Assembly (NCBI GenBank): GCA_016181265.1
Contig: JACOZP010000008.1
Location: 132,583-196,582 of the forward strand
Origin: Candidatus Woesearchaeota archaeon
GTDB lineage: Archaea > Nanobdellota > Nanobdellia > Woesearchaeales > GW2011-AR9
Length of the DNA stretch: 64,000 bases
Reading direction: 5' to 3'
Shown: piece after piece, positions 1-9,669 of the stretch
How positions within the stretch are numbered: position 1 is the stretch's first letter
Layout of the letters: each line of letters opens with the position of its first letter
Notes under the pieces: model-generated
The model's input: the letters and a program-made list of their open reading frames with translations, nothing else
What the model was told of the DNA's origin: nothing
The model's database searches: none
Made by a program: the position numbers and the translations under genes

Positions 1-789
1 GTTTTTGAGATGAGCGAGAACAACATTTTTCCGCGCAGCGAGAACATTAGGAAGAGATTCATCGAAGGCATCGATCTTAATAGAATGGTTAGCGTTGTTC
101 TCTTGTCGATGAGTGGATGAGAAAGAGAGTATGTTGTAAAGGGAGAAATGTTTGATGTCCCGAAAAGCTTGTCTTAAAGCGTATAACCCTGCTTCTATAG
201 CGACTGCTCCATCTTTTACGAAGCCGACGATGATTTTTTCGTCAGGAACATAACCACTCTTCCGCACGATCCAATATGCCAAGTCTCCTTTCAATGATCC
301 TGAATGAGGAAAGAGACGATACTCGCGAGAATTTATCTCTTGACCACAAAGATCAACTCCCAGCAAGAACTCATTTCCCGAAAAATATACGATCACAACA
401 AGATCTGGTCTTTTATAATCTACAGTGAGAACGATGTTCTCAGAGTTTAATGTTGCTTGGAGAAGATCGTAAATCTTCTTGGCGATGGTTTGACGGTTAT
501 CTTGACCTTTAATATTTTCTACTTCGATTTTATATTTTTGGCCGGTGTGGAAGTAAGAAGAAACTTTTTCGGTAATCACAAATTGGTCCTGATCTTTACC
601 ATGACCGAGGAGGAGGACGAGACGACGAGGAGTTTGAGCGTGAAATAACAATTTTTCGACAGGTTCATGCTTTTCTGTAGAAAAGACAACCGCATCTCCC
701 ACGACTTCCCCTTTGATTTGTGTTAATTCAAAGAGTTCTTGTTGGGCAAGCTTGCCTAATCCGGGATTTACGAGAAGACCAAATTTCAT
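1..789 (-). CDS. THUMP-domain protein related to Trm14/UPF0020 RNA methyltransferases (runs off the window edge; SAM motif degenerate)
   Basis: Not in the ORF track. Hand translation from ATG 789, which overlaps the gyrA stop (ATGA): [19 protein letters not shown]...[50 protein letters not shown]...AIEAG...DAFDES...AARKN. The frame is open to position 1. Confidence 0.75.
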   Translation of the reverse strand, partial: MKFGLLVNPGLGKLAQQELFELTQIKGEVVGDAVVFSTEKHEPVEKLLFHAQTPRRLVLLLGHGKDQDQFVITEKVSSYFHTGQKYKIEVENIKGQDNRQTIAKKIYDLLQATLNSENIVLTVDYKRPDLVVIVYFSGNEFLLGVDLCGQEINSREYRLFPHSGSLKGDLAYWIVRKSGYVPDEKIIVGFVKDGAVAIEAGLYALRQAFRDIKHFSLYNILSFSSTHRQENNANHSIKIDAFDESLPNVLAARKNVVLAHLKN

Positions 790-3254
790 TGTGGAGGACT
801 CTCCCCACCCTCTTCTACTTCATCAATGATAATCTTCGCTGCAGCGGCGAGCTGGTCACCTTCGCTGAGACGCATGACACGGACACCTTGTGTGGCACGC
901 CCGATCGTAGAGACCTCAGCACATTTCATCCGAATACCGATCCCTTGTTTAGAGATCAACATCAGATCTTCCGAGCCGTCAACAAGCATAACGGTTTGTA
1001 CGGGACCGTTCTTGTCGGTGATCTTGATATTGGTCACGCCTTTTCCTCCGCGATTGCAGAGGCGATATTCAGAGACGGGTGTTCTTTTCCCGTAACCATC
1101 TTCAGTGAGAGTAAGGATCTCCATATTCTCTTCAGCAGCAAGCATACCAATAACTTGATCATCTTCGTCTAAGCGGATACCGCGGACACCATGTGCGGCT
1201 CGCCCCATGGGACGAACGTCTTCTTCATTGAAACGATTTGCCTGGCCTCTTTTTGTGGCGAGGATGATCTCTTGGTCACCTTTAGTGTAACGAACATTGA
1301 CGAGAGTGTCTCCTTCATCAAGATTGATCGCGCGGATTCCTCCTTTGCGAGGATTGGCAAACTCTTCTAAGCTGGTCTTCTTGACAGTTCCTCGCTGAGT
1401 AGCCATAAATAAGTAGCCTTTATTGAAGTCGCGTACGGAAATGACTGCGGTGACCCTCTCGTTAGACTGCATTTCTAAGACATTAGCAATATGTTTCCCT
1501 TTCGATTCGCGGCTGGCCTCGGGGATGTGATACACTTTTAACCAATAGACTTGACCGTTATTCGTAAAGAAAAGAAGGTAATCGTGAGTGGAGCAAGTGA
1601 AGATCTTCTCGACAAAATCTTCTTCTTTCATACCAGCGGCACGGATGCCTTTCCCTCCGCGTTTCTGGGTGCGATAGACATCGAGAGGCATGCGTTTGAC
1701 GTAGCCAGAATTAGTGATCGTAACGACGACCTGTTCATCTTCGATCAGTTCTTCCATATCAAATTCGCCATCTTCCCCAGCAACAATACTGGAACGGCGA
1801 GCATTACCATAATTATTTTTTATCTCACGTAGTTCATCTTTGATAAGATCGAGTATTTTCTGTTCTGAATTAAGTATCTCTTGGTAGTAGATGATCTTCT
1901 GTAATAACTCGAGATGTTCATCTTTGATTTTCTCTTGCTCTAACGAAGCGATTTTCTGCAGGCGCAGGTCAAGAATGGCTTTGGCCTGCTCTTCGGTGAG
2001 AGCATAGGTGCTGGTCAAAAAAAGACGTGCGTCGTCTATTGTCCGGCTGCGCTTAATCCCTGCGATGACAGGATCTATGTTATTGAGTGCGATAAGAAGA
2101 CCTTCGAGAATATGAACCCGAGCACGTGCTTGTTGAAGATCATACTCTGTACGGCGGGTGATGACTATCTTGCGATGTTTAATATGCTCCTCCAGAAGAT
2201 CTTTTAGACCTAGAAGACGAGGTTCGTTGTTGACTAATGCCAGTAAAGTGATACCAAAAGAGATTTTGAGGCGGCTGAACTGATATAATTGGTTGATGAT
2301 AACCTGAGGGTCAACATCTCTCCGGAGTTCGATAACAACACGAATACCATCGCGGTCGGATTCATCATTGATATTACGGATGCCGATGATCCTTTTTTCA
2401 TTGACGAGATCAGCAATCTGTTGGATGAGCTCTTCTTTGTTAACTTGATAAGGGATCTCTGTAACAATAATCTTATCGTTATCTTCAACGTGGGAAACAG
2501 CTTTGATCGTGACTTTGCCTTTTCCTTTGGCGTAGGCATGAATCAACCCATTGCCGCACATCACTTCGCCGCCGGTGGGAAAATCTGGGCCAGGAACTAT
2601 TTTTGTCAACTCCTCTACGCTTGCTCCGGGATTATCGATAAGGTAGATGATGGCGTCAGCAATCTCATTGAGGTTATGGGGAGGTATATTCGTAGCCATA
2701 CCGACAGCGATCCCAGACGAACCGTTTACAAGGAGATTAGGAAGAACCGTAGGGAGAATGATCGGTTCTTTTAGAGAGCCATCAAAATTGTCCCTAAATT
2801 CAACAGTATTTTTCTCGATATCGTGCAGCATCTCTTCGGCAAGTTTGTTGAGCTTGGCCTCGGTGTACCTCATGGCAGCGGCGTTGTCACCATCGATACT
2901 ACCAAAATTGCCTTGTCCTTTGATCAAAGGGTAACGTAGAGAGAAATCCTGCGCCATCCTAACGAGAGAATCATACACGGCAGTGTCACCATGAGGGTGG
3001 TATTTACCGAGAACTTCCCCGACGATACGCGCACATTTCTTGAACGGCTTGTTATGGAACATGCCAAGATCATACATGGCATAGAGAATACGTCTGTGAA
3101 CTGGTTTAAGACCATCACGGACATCGGGCAGGGCACGGCCAACAATAACAGACATGGCATACGTAACATATGCCTCTTTCATCTCTAGTTCAATAACACG
3201 CGGGATGATCTTAGTGCTTTCTTCGGGCTTATTTTCAGGGTCGGGAGGGGTCAT
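786..3254 (-). CDS. gyrA: DNA gyrase subunit A
   Basis: [29 protein letters not shown] (catalytic Tyr), GyrA box QKRGGKG and C-terminal beta-pinwheel repeats. Confidence 0.97.
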   Translation of the reverse strand: MTPPDPENKPEESTKIIPRVIELEMKEAYVTYAMSVIVGRALPDVRDGLKPVHRRILYAMYDLGMFHNKPFKKCARIVGEVLGKYHPHGDTAVYDSLVRMAQDFSLRYPLIKGQGNFGSIDGDNAAAMRYTEAKLNKLAEEMLHDIEKNTVEFRDNFDGSLKEPIILPTVLPNLLVNGSSGIAVGMATNIPPHNLNEIADAIIYLIDNPGASVEELTKIVPGPDFPTGGEVMCGNGLIHAYAKGKGKVTIKAVSHVEDNDKIIVTEIPYQVNKEELIQQIADLVNEKRIIGIRNINDESDRDGIRVVIELRRDVDPQVIINQLYQFSRLKISFGITLLALVNNEPRLLGLKDLLEEHIKHRKIVITRRTEYDLQQARARVHILEGLLIALNNIDPVIAGIKRSRTIDDARLFLTSTYALTEEQAKAILDLRLQKIASLEQEKIKDEHLELLQKIIYYQEILNSEQKILDLIKDELREIKNNYGNARRSSIVAGEDGEFDMEELIEDEQVVVTITNSGYVKRMPLDVYRTQKRGGKGIRAAGMKEEDFVEKIFTCSTHDYLLFFTNNGQVYWLKVYHIPEASRESKGKHIANVLEMQSNERVTAVISVRDFNKGYLFMATQRGTVKKTSLEEFANPRKGGIRAINLDEGDTLVNVRYTKGDQEIILATKRGQANRFNEEDVRPMGRAAHGVRGIRLDEDDQVIGMLAAEENMEILTLTEDGYGKRTPVSEYRLCNRGGKGVTNIKITDKNGPVQTVMLVDGSEDLMLISKQGIGIRMKCAEVSTIGRATQGVRVMRLSEGDQLAAAAKIIIDEVEEGGESPPQ

Positions 3255-3430
3255 TTTTTAGAGTTAGCGGAAGCGATTTTATCGACGATAAATGCTCAAG
3301 AAAAATGAGAGGTTGATGGTTTATAAAGATTGCGGTGGAGAATTATCACTTGCCTTTTCTTTGGTAGAATTCAGAAATCATCACAGCGAAGGGAATATTA
3401 AAAAATAACGGGAGAGAATGGATCCAAAAT

Positions 3431-4063
3431 TCATTCTTCTTTCTTCTCCTGCAGTTCACCCATCGCTTTCTTAATCTCGTCTTTAGCCTCTTCCGTATTC
3501 TCATTAAGCTCGATGAGGCGTTCTACTTCATCTGCCTCTTTGTTCACTTCCTCTGCCTCTTTGAGAATCTCTTGGGGAACAAGTTTAATGAATGCCTGTT
3601 TGGCTTCTTCACTAGGAAGGTCAAAATATTCGAAGAACTTTTTGTTTAGTTTTATTTTGAATGTACGGCCAAATTTCTCTTTTGTGATGAATCCCTGTTC
3701 TTCTAATAACCGCATATGATCATACGCCGCAGCACTGCGTAGTTTGATGACATCTGATTGGACGATGGGGTATCTCCAAGCGATAACGGCAAGAGTTTCC
3801 ATCAAAGGGCGTTCTAATTCTGTGCTGGAGACAATGCTGCTGACTAAAGGGATGAATTCGTCACGGACAGTCAATTTCCAACCGTTCTCTTTTTTAGTTA
3901 AGCGCAACGAATGGTCGCGTCCTTCGTATTCTTGCTGGAGCCTCAAAACAATTTCCTCGGTCTGCTCAACAGTTAGCGAGCAGAGGCTAGCGATACGTTC
4001 AGTGGTGATCTCTTTGCCGACAGCAAAGAGGACGGCTTCTACTTTCTTTTCGTTAACATCCAT
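3431..4063 (-). CDS. scpB: SMC-Scp complex subunit ScpB
   Basis: KVEAVLFA, METLAVIAWRYPIVQSDVIKLRS and KFGRT...KKFFEYFDL. Start moved to ATG 4063. Confidence 0.9.
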   Translation of the reverse strand: MDVNEKKVEAVLFAVGKEITTERIASLCSLTVEQTEEIVLRLQQEYEGRDHSLRLTKKENGWKLTVRDEFIPLVSSIVSSTELERPLMETLAVIAWRYPIVQSDVIKLRSAAAYDHMRLLEEQGFITKEKFGRTFKIKLNKKFFEYFDLPSEEAKQAFIKLVPQEILKEAEEVNKEADEVERLIELNENTEEAKDEIKKAMGELQEKKEE

Positions 4064-4064
4064 C

Positions 4065-4649
4065 TTAATGCTCCGCCATCTCTTCACGTAAGTAATAGAT
4101 TCCTTCTTTGAGATCTACTCTCTTCTCGTCGATCAATTGATCCAAGAAGTCTTCCAATTGATCGATGTTGACACCAGTTAGACGACTAAGTTGCGCTGCA
4201 GTGAAGTTCTGCGAGCCCAGAAGGACAAGAAGATAATTCTTAAGCAGGTCCTGAGTATTTTTCTGGAGATGTTCGTTCTGTAAACGCAGCTGTTTGGCAA
4301 CCATGTCCACTTGATGAAGACGAGCTTGGAGATCATTAAGCAGTGAGGAGATGTTCTGGCTGGATAATTGCATTTCACCGGGTTCTAAGATCTCGATTAA
4401 TGAGGGCATATAATCAAAGCAGAAACTGATAATGTCCGTTATGGAAGCTGTTTTTATTTCCATCTCAGCAAAGATCATCCATATTTCTTGCTTTTCCTGT
4501 TTCTGAATCTCGGCAATCTCCTCTGCAAGGACAGTATATTTAGTATCTTTTCTGAGTGTTTGGATATATTCTCTTAATGATTTCTCGACATGCTCTCGAG
4601 GTCGTCCAGCTACTTCAAGGACAGTGCGAAACGTAATGCCTTTTTCCAT
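4065..4649 (-). CDS. Hypothetical protein (alpha/beta N-terminus, coiled coil, C-terminal winged-helix-like segment)
   Basis: 194-aa ORF abutting scpB; C-terminus FTAAQLSRLTGVNIDQLEDFLDQLIDEKRV resembles a wHTH. Confidence 0.7.
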   Translation of the reverse strand: MEKGITFRTVLEVAGRPREHVEKSLREYIQTLRKDTKYTVLAEEIAEIQKQEKQEIWMIFAEMEIKTASITDIISFCFDYMPSLIEILEPGEMQLSSQNISSLLNDLQARLHQVDMVAKQLRLQNEHLQKNTQDLLKNYLLVLLGSQNFTAAQLSRLTGVNIDQLEDFLDQLIDEKRVDLKEGIYYLREEMAEH

Positions 4650-4675
4650 GTTTTTGTAATAATAGGAGATTGTTT

Positions 4676-6556
4676 TTAAGCCTTTCTGAAGGAGATGCCC
4701 AGGACAAGAAGTACAAGTGTGGAGATCAAAAAATAGGGAATGGCTTTTTGGGATTTGGCAGCGGTCGATTCGTATACGATAACACCGGAGGGAGGGAGAT
4801 GAACTGGTGGCGCGGGATTACTGGAGGAGGCTAAGGTCTCAGATGGGGGAGGATTAATGGTGGAAAGTAAGGGAGGACTAGAAGAATTTAATGTTGAGAC
4901 AGTGTTCTCAGAAGGAGGAGATAAAACATAGATCTCAGCAGTCTTCTCTTTAGGATTTTTCAGCCCTTCTTGAAGAAAACGGGCTTTCACCATATACTTT
5001 CCTTCTTTGATACCGGGATCTATCTTGAGGAGAATATCCTGCTTCTTCTCTTCGTTGCTGTCCAACAAAATAGTCTTCGCATCAGCATCTGTTTCCCAAG
5101 TATTGTTAAAACAAGAATAACATTTCCGGCCGTTATAAACATAACCAGAGAGACGATAAGAAAGTGGAGGCGAGGAGGTTGATGCTCCCTTAAGATGAGC
5201 CGTTACCCGCAAGACATCGCCAACGTGGACGGAAGAGGGAACTTCTAATGTTATGCTCGCAGCACGGCTGGTGGGGGAAGAAGTATTTGATACAGCAGTG
5301 TTGATCGTCTTACAAAGACTGCTGGAGAGGTCACTCACTGGTATTATCTTTTCAGCACGTTGAGCAAAACCTTCTACAACAACCACAATTTCGCCGGAGG
5401 AATATTTCTTATTACAATTGGAATCTAATTGGAGAGGAATGGTTAGTGTTGAAAGATGATATTTTTCAGTCAAGAGAAAAGAAGTAATCCTGCTTACTTT
5501 CTCGTTGTCTTGCTCAGCCCAGACACGGATCTCATTTTTGGACTCGTTTCCTTTGTAGATAGTAAGACGAAGAGGAAGCTGATCGCCCCACCGCGCTTTC
5601 TTATCTGAACCAAGACTGATACTTTCGATAGAAAGAGTCGAGTTAAGGGAAGAGGAAGCATAAGATCGAGCAAATATTTTCTGAACAGTATTATCGGAAA
5701 GGTCTCCATCAGTACAGGCAATATTCTCCACGGAGAAAGTTACAAGATATACTCCGGGTTCGATGGCAGGAGAATATTTTTGTTGAAGTGAGGTAGACAG
5801 AGAGCGATTAGTCCAGGGAGAATATTCTTTGATAAGCTTCCCATCGATAGTTTCGATCCTGCCTTTAACCGTGATATCACTGGAGGTATTTTCCGTGTTC
5901 TCTGCAATGACGCTGAAATTGAGATTGGTGCTATTAAAGAGGGGTTCGCCGGCGAGTGACAACTTGACGCCGCATGATTTAGATGGAGATACAACAATAG
6001 TGGTATTCAATGAAGTATTAGTGGAAATATTAAAAGAGATATTAGTGGGAATAACGCCTATTTCCCAAATGCTATTTTGCTTGCCCGGGGAACCACCTTG
6101 GGAAAGGGATTCACCCCACGTACCGTCGCTGCGGCGTTCTAAAGTTCGGTTATTTTTAGATGCCCCGAGAGAAGAGGTGTAGTTAAACTGGGAAGAACAG
6201 GTGCCATTAAGAATAATCACATCTCCATCGTTGTTAAGGGATAAAGAAAGGGGAATGATCGTCCCGTTAAACGAAGAAGTATTCTGGAAAATATCCGGTT
6301 TGCGAGCGACGATGATAAATTCCTGAGGAGGTAAAGATAGGGAAGGGAGCGGTTTCTCATCGAGGAAACAGTTAGAAAAGTTAGTTGTCTCGTTTCCATC
6401 GTTCCAAAGCTCTACCCATTCATTATACTGTCCGCCGGAAGCAGCAGAAGGATCGTAAGAGATCTCATTGATCTCGATCGCCGCGGAAACGAAAGGTAGA
6501 GAGATAATAGTAAAGAGAAAAAGAAGAAAAAAGATATAGTTTTCCCACCACCCCAT
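4676..6556 (-). CDS. Lamin-tail-domain surface protein with signal peptide and C-terminal membrane anchor
   Basis: Signal peptide, IEINEISYDP...EWVELWN...SLNNDGD...SPGKQNS (LTD pattern), Ser/Thr/Pro linkers, many N-x-S/T sequons and a C-terminal TM helix. Confidence 0.8.
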   Translation of the reverse strand: MGWWENYIFFLLFLFTIISLPFVSAAIEINEISYDPSAASGGQYNEWVELWNDGNETTNFSNCFLDEKPLPSLSLPPQEFIIVARKPDIFQNTSSFNGTIIPLSLSLNNDGDVIILNGTCSSQFNYTSSLGASKNNRTLERRSDGTWGESLSQGGSPGKQNSIWEIGVIPTNISFNISTNTSLNTTIVVSPSKSCGVKLSLAGEPLFNSTNLNFSVIAENTENTSSDITVKGRIETIDGKLIKEYSPWTNRSLSTSLQQKYSPAIEPGVYLVTFSVENIACTDGDLSDNTVQKIFARSYASSSLNSTLSIESISLGSDKKARWGDQLPLRLTIYKGNESKNEIRVWAEQDNEKVSRITSFLLTEKYHLSTLTIPLQLDSNCNKKYSSGEIVVVVEGFAQRAEKIIPVSDLSSSLCKTINTAVSNTSSPTSRAASITLEVPSSVHVGDVLRVTAHLKGASTSSPPLSYRLSGYVYNGRKCYSCFNNTWETDADAKTILLDSNEEKKQDILLKIDPGIKEGKYMVKARFLQEGLKNPKEKTAEIYVLSPPSENTVSTLNSSSPPLLSTINPPPSETLASSSNPAPPVHLPPSGVIVYESTAAKSQKAIPYFLISTLVLLVLGISFRKA

Positions 6557-6685
6557 ACGACGTTAGGCAAAGGATCCCGTTAAATAGATTGTGGGAATAC
6601 AAACTAACGTCCCGGACATAGCTTTTTTACTATTATCAAATACTAAACAAAGTTTTTAAACGTCCTTCTATTCAGTAGTGATACG

Positions 6686-7216
6686 ATGTCGTGGTTCAAT
6701 AAAAAAAAGGTACCGAGAGTTCCGTTTCCGGAAGCTCATCCTGCAGGTGCGTTACGCTTCCCTTCGATGAAGCCGGAAGAACGTATTATTGAACCATCAC
6801 GGGTGAAAGAAGCAGTAGGTTTAGAAACTCCTTCTATCACTGAAGAGACACCTTCATTACCATCGTTGCCTTCCTTCGAAGAACCAGCTACTGAAAGATT
6901 TGAAGAGCGAAGAACGATGTCCTCTTCTCAAGCGATACCACCACAAAGGCCGATGATGAGGACAACAATGCCTCCCGCTTATTCTAAGCAAGAAAGTGAG
7001 CCTTTATTTGTGAAGATTGATGTCTATCAGAGAATCTTAGGAGAGATAGATTCTATCAGAAAAGATGTTTCAGATGCATTTGAGGCATCCAAGCATTTGG
7101 AAACGTCAGAATATAATGAAGAAGAGAATTATGCCAAGCTAAAAAGAGGAATACGAGTAATTCACGACCGTCTGCTGCAAGTTGATAAGACTTTATTTAA
7201 AGCGCAAGGTGATTAG
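6686..7216 (+). CDS. Hypothetical protein with a Pro-rich disordered N-terminus and a PxFVKID coiled-coil domain
   Basis: 176 aa; TATA-like TTTTTAAA about 30 nt upstream; C-terminal domain resembles the next gene. Confidence 0.75.
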   Translation: MSWFNKKKVPRVPFPEAHPAGALRFPSMKPEERIIEPSRVKEAVGLETPSITEETPSLPSLPSFEEPATERFEERRTMSSSQAIPPQRPMMRTTMPPAYSKQESEPLFVKIDVYQRILGEIDSIRKDVSDAFEASKHLETSEYNEEENYAKLKRGIRVIHDRLLQVDKTLFKAQGD

Positions 7217-7227
7217 GAGGGATATCC

Positions 7228-7455
7228 ATGGAACGCATGCCTGTTTTTGTTAAGATTGATGAATATAATGATGTTTTAGCTGTTGTTAAGTCGATCCGTA
7301 AGAAATTAGATGAAGCGAAAGAGACACTACTCAAAGTTTCAGATTTAAAGAATGAGGAAGACCACCAATTAGAGATGTGGCAAAATAGCCTTGCTGAATT
7401 AGAGAAGAAGATGGAGTTTATCGATCACTCGTTGAATGAACCGGAACAGTTCTAG
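7228..7455 (+). CDS. Small coiled-coil protein (PVFVKIDEY domain)
   Basis: 75 aa, preceded by SD AGGAGG; similar to the C-terminus of the upstream gene. Confidence 0.8.
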   Translation: MERMPVFVKIDEYNDVLAVVKSIRKKLDEAKETLLKVSDLKNEEDHQLEMWQNSLAELEKKMEFIDHSLNEPEQF

Positions 7456-7461
7456 GAGAAT

Positions 7462-7968
7462 ATGAAACATAAAAAAGCCGCTAAGAGCAAGACAGCAAAA
7501 GTTCATCGAGCGAGAGCTCTAGAACATAAAGAACATGAACGAGCACATGTTGAGAAAGAACCAGAATATATGATCCAGGTCGGGGATCCAAAGATGTTAC
7601 GGAAAGACCTGTTAGAATCTTTGCGGGAAGTAATCATCTTTATGCAGGGATATGAAACGTTCCGGAAAATACAGGAAGAGAAGGTCGCATTGTTCACTAT
7701 TCTTAAATCACAGATCAAAGAGATCAATACACTAGTAGATAGTAAGTTAAAGAAGTATCTGCCGAAAGGAAAATTACGCTCATTCTCGGAAAAGCAACTT
7801 CATCACCAAGAACAGGTAGAGGAATTGCCGGCTGAAGAAGCACAGCCTTTAGAGGTAGTCCCAGTAGCGACGCGACGGACGGAAACGCAAAGAGCACCGC
7901 CAAGCGAGTTGGATGAACTGGAGAAGCAGTTGAGAGATATTGAGAACCAGCTGCAGAACATTAGATAA
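7462..7968 (+). CDS. Hypothetical coiled-coil protein
   Basis: 168 aa, SD AGGAG, heptad pattern, C-terminal helix ELDELEKQLRDIENQL. Confidence 0.75.
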   Translation: MKHKKAAKSKTAKVHRARALEHKEHERAHVEKEPEYMIQVGDPKMLRKDLLESLREVIIFMQGYETFRKIQEEKVALFTILKSQIKEINTLVDSKLKKYLPKGKLRSFSEKQLHHQEQVEELPAEEAQPLEVVPVATRRTETQRAPPSELDELEKQLRDIENQLQNIR

Positions 7969-8030
7969 TTTTTTCGTTACTTTTATAAAAGATAGAGGGA
8001 TTTTCGACTTGCTTCGGTAGTTTGCATGAT

Positions 8031-8195
8031 GTGGGCGTGCCGGAGTGGTCAAACGGGATAGTTCGTTTGGCGAGGGTGCTAAATGAGTCCATACTCAAGT
8101 CGTTTGAGTTATGAGGTTTCCACAAGAAATCGATGAAAAACTGTGAGCCATCTATTGGCTTAGTGCCTACGCAGGTTCAAACCCTGCCGCCCACA
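8031..8195 (+). tRNA. tRNA-Leu(CAA) with two introns (30/31 at 8062-8092; 37/38 at 8100-8149)
   Basis: Acceptor stem GTGGGCG/CGCCCAC-A, D arm, long variable arm GGC-TTAGT-GCC, T arm GCAGG-TTCAAAC-CCTGC. The spliced anticodon arm reads ATAGA-CTCAAGA-TCTAT, and both introns form BHB-type motifs. Confidence 0.88.
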
Positions 8196-8249
8196 CTTTT
8201 TACCAACTGTTCTCCAAACTTTTTTAAATGGATGAAGTATCTTCTTGTT

Positions 8250-9584
8250 ATGCCTATTGAAATATGTACGATTGGGGGTTATACACAGACCGGTGGAAAT
8301 AGTGTTGCGATCAAAGTTGGGGAAGAGGTAGTTATTCTCGATATGGGCTTGAGTATGGAGAATTACATCCGCTATACGGAAGATCGAGAAGATATCAGCG
8401 CCAAGTCCTATAAAGAACTATTAAAAGCAGGCGCCGTGCCAGATTATGGTTTTATCAGCGACTGGAAGGATAAAGTCTTAGCAATCGTACCAAGCCATGC
8501 TCACCTAGATCACTGTGGGGCTATACCTTTTGCGGCAAGTCTTTTTCCGAAAGTTCCGATCATCTGTACACCGTATACGATAGGAGTGCTCAAAGGAACA
8601 TTAGAAGACGATAATATTGACATTCCCAACACATTTATCGCTCTGAGTGCAAATTCTACATATAAATTATCAGAAAATATCACTCTAGAATTTGTACACG
8701 TGACACATTCAATTCCCCAGACGGTGATCGTAATTTTACACACCCCAGAAGGAAATGTGATGTATGCTAACGATTATAAGTTTGATCGAGAACCGACGTT
8801 AGGAAAAGCGCCTAATTTCGAACGTTTGGAAGAGTTAGGAAAAGAAGGGATCAAAGTGTTGATTATGGAATGTCTCTATGCAGAAGAACATCGTAAGATG
8901 CCTTCTGAGTCCGTGGCAAAACAAATGTTAAAAGAAGTGATGTTAGGAACAAACAGTCAGGGAAAGGCGATGATCGTGACGACATTCTCCTCCCATATCG
9001 CCCGCCTGAAGAGTATTATTGAGCTGGGGAAGAAACTGAATCGTAAAATTGTCTTCTTAGGAAGATCTTTAGCAAAATATATTGAAGCAGCTGAAGAGAT
9101 ACATATCGTCGAATTCAAAAAAGAAGTGCAGATCATCAGTTATCGAGATCGTATCGAGAGGACGTTACGGAAGATCATGAAAGAAGGAAAAGATAAGTAT
9201 CTGATCGTCTGTACTGGCCATCAAGGCGAACCGAAGGCAATTCTCTCGCGCATGGCCAGAGAGGAACATGGTTTCCAATTCACAGAAGGAGATATTATTA
9301 TCTTCAGCTGTTCGGTGATCCCGGTGCAATTAAATCAAGACAATAGGGAGAAGTTGGAGAGCAATCTGCATAGTAAGAATGTTCGAATCTTTAAAGATGT
9401 GCATGTTTCGGGCCACGCTGCACGAGAAGATCATCGTGAACTGCTTGAACTGATTAAGCCACAGGCAGTGATTCCGGCCCATGCCGGTGGAGAAAAAGCA
9501 AAAGAACTTGCAGACCTAGCGGTGAAGATGGGATATAAAAAAGTATTTCTGATGCAAGATGGAAAACGAGTTGTAGTGAAATAG
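8250..9584 (+). CDS. rnj: Ribonuclease J (beta-CASP metallo-beta-lactamase)
   Basis: SHAHLDHCG, THSIP, TTFSSHIAR, CTGHQGEP and HVSGHA motifs. True start taken as ATG 8250, since the track's extension overlaps the tRNA. Confidence 0.93.
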   Translation: MPIEICTIGGYTQTGGNSVAIKVGEEVVILDMGLSMENYIRYTEDREDISAKSYKELLKAGAVPDYGFISDWKDKVLAIVPSHAHLDHCGAIPFAASLFPKVPIICTPYTIGVLKGTLEDDNIDIPNTFIALSANSTYKLSENITLEFVHVTHSIPQTVIVILHTPEGNVMYANDYKFDREPTLGKAPNFERLEELGKEGIKVLIMECLYAEEHRKMPSESVAKQMLKEVMLGTNSQGKAMIVTTFSSHIARLKSIIELGKKLNRKIVFLGRSLAKYIEAAEEIHIVEFKKEVQIISYRDRIERTLRKIMKEGKDKYLIVCTGHQGEPKAILSRMAREEHGFQFTEGDIIIFSCSVIPVQLNQDNREKLESNLHSKNVRIFKDVHVSGHAAREDHRELLELIKPQAVIPAHAGGEKAKELADLAVKMGYKKVFLMQDGKRVVVK

Positions 9585-9669
9585 AACACCTGATTTTTTA
9601 CACGAAGTCTCCACCACAACAAACTTTATAAAACAATTTCGTTCTTCATGCCCGTAGGGGGTAGGAACA

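Noticed and set aside
720-3188. Several plus-strand and alternate-frame ORFs over gyrA
   Set aside because: They are shadow ORFs of a clearly conserved gene and show no motifs.
8105-8140. Possible third, nested intron within tRNA-Leu intron 2 (TTAT/ATGA plus GTTTC/GAAAT)
   Set aside because: Bulge sizes do not fit a 3-4-3 BHB, so it is treated as ordinary intron structure.
8133-8249. 39-aa N-terminal extension of RNase J in the ORF track
   Set aside because: It overlaps the tRNA-Leu 3' exon and the rnj TATA box; ATG 8250 fits better.
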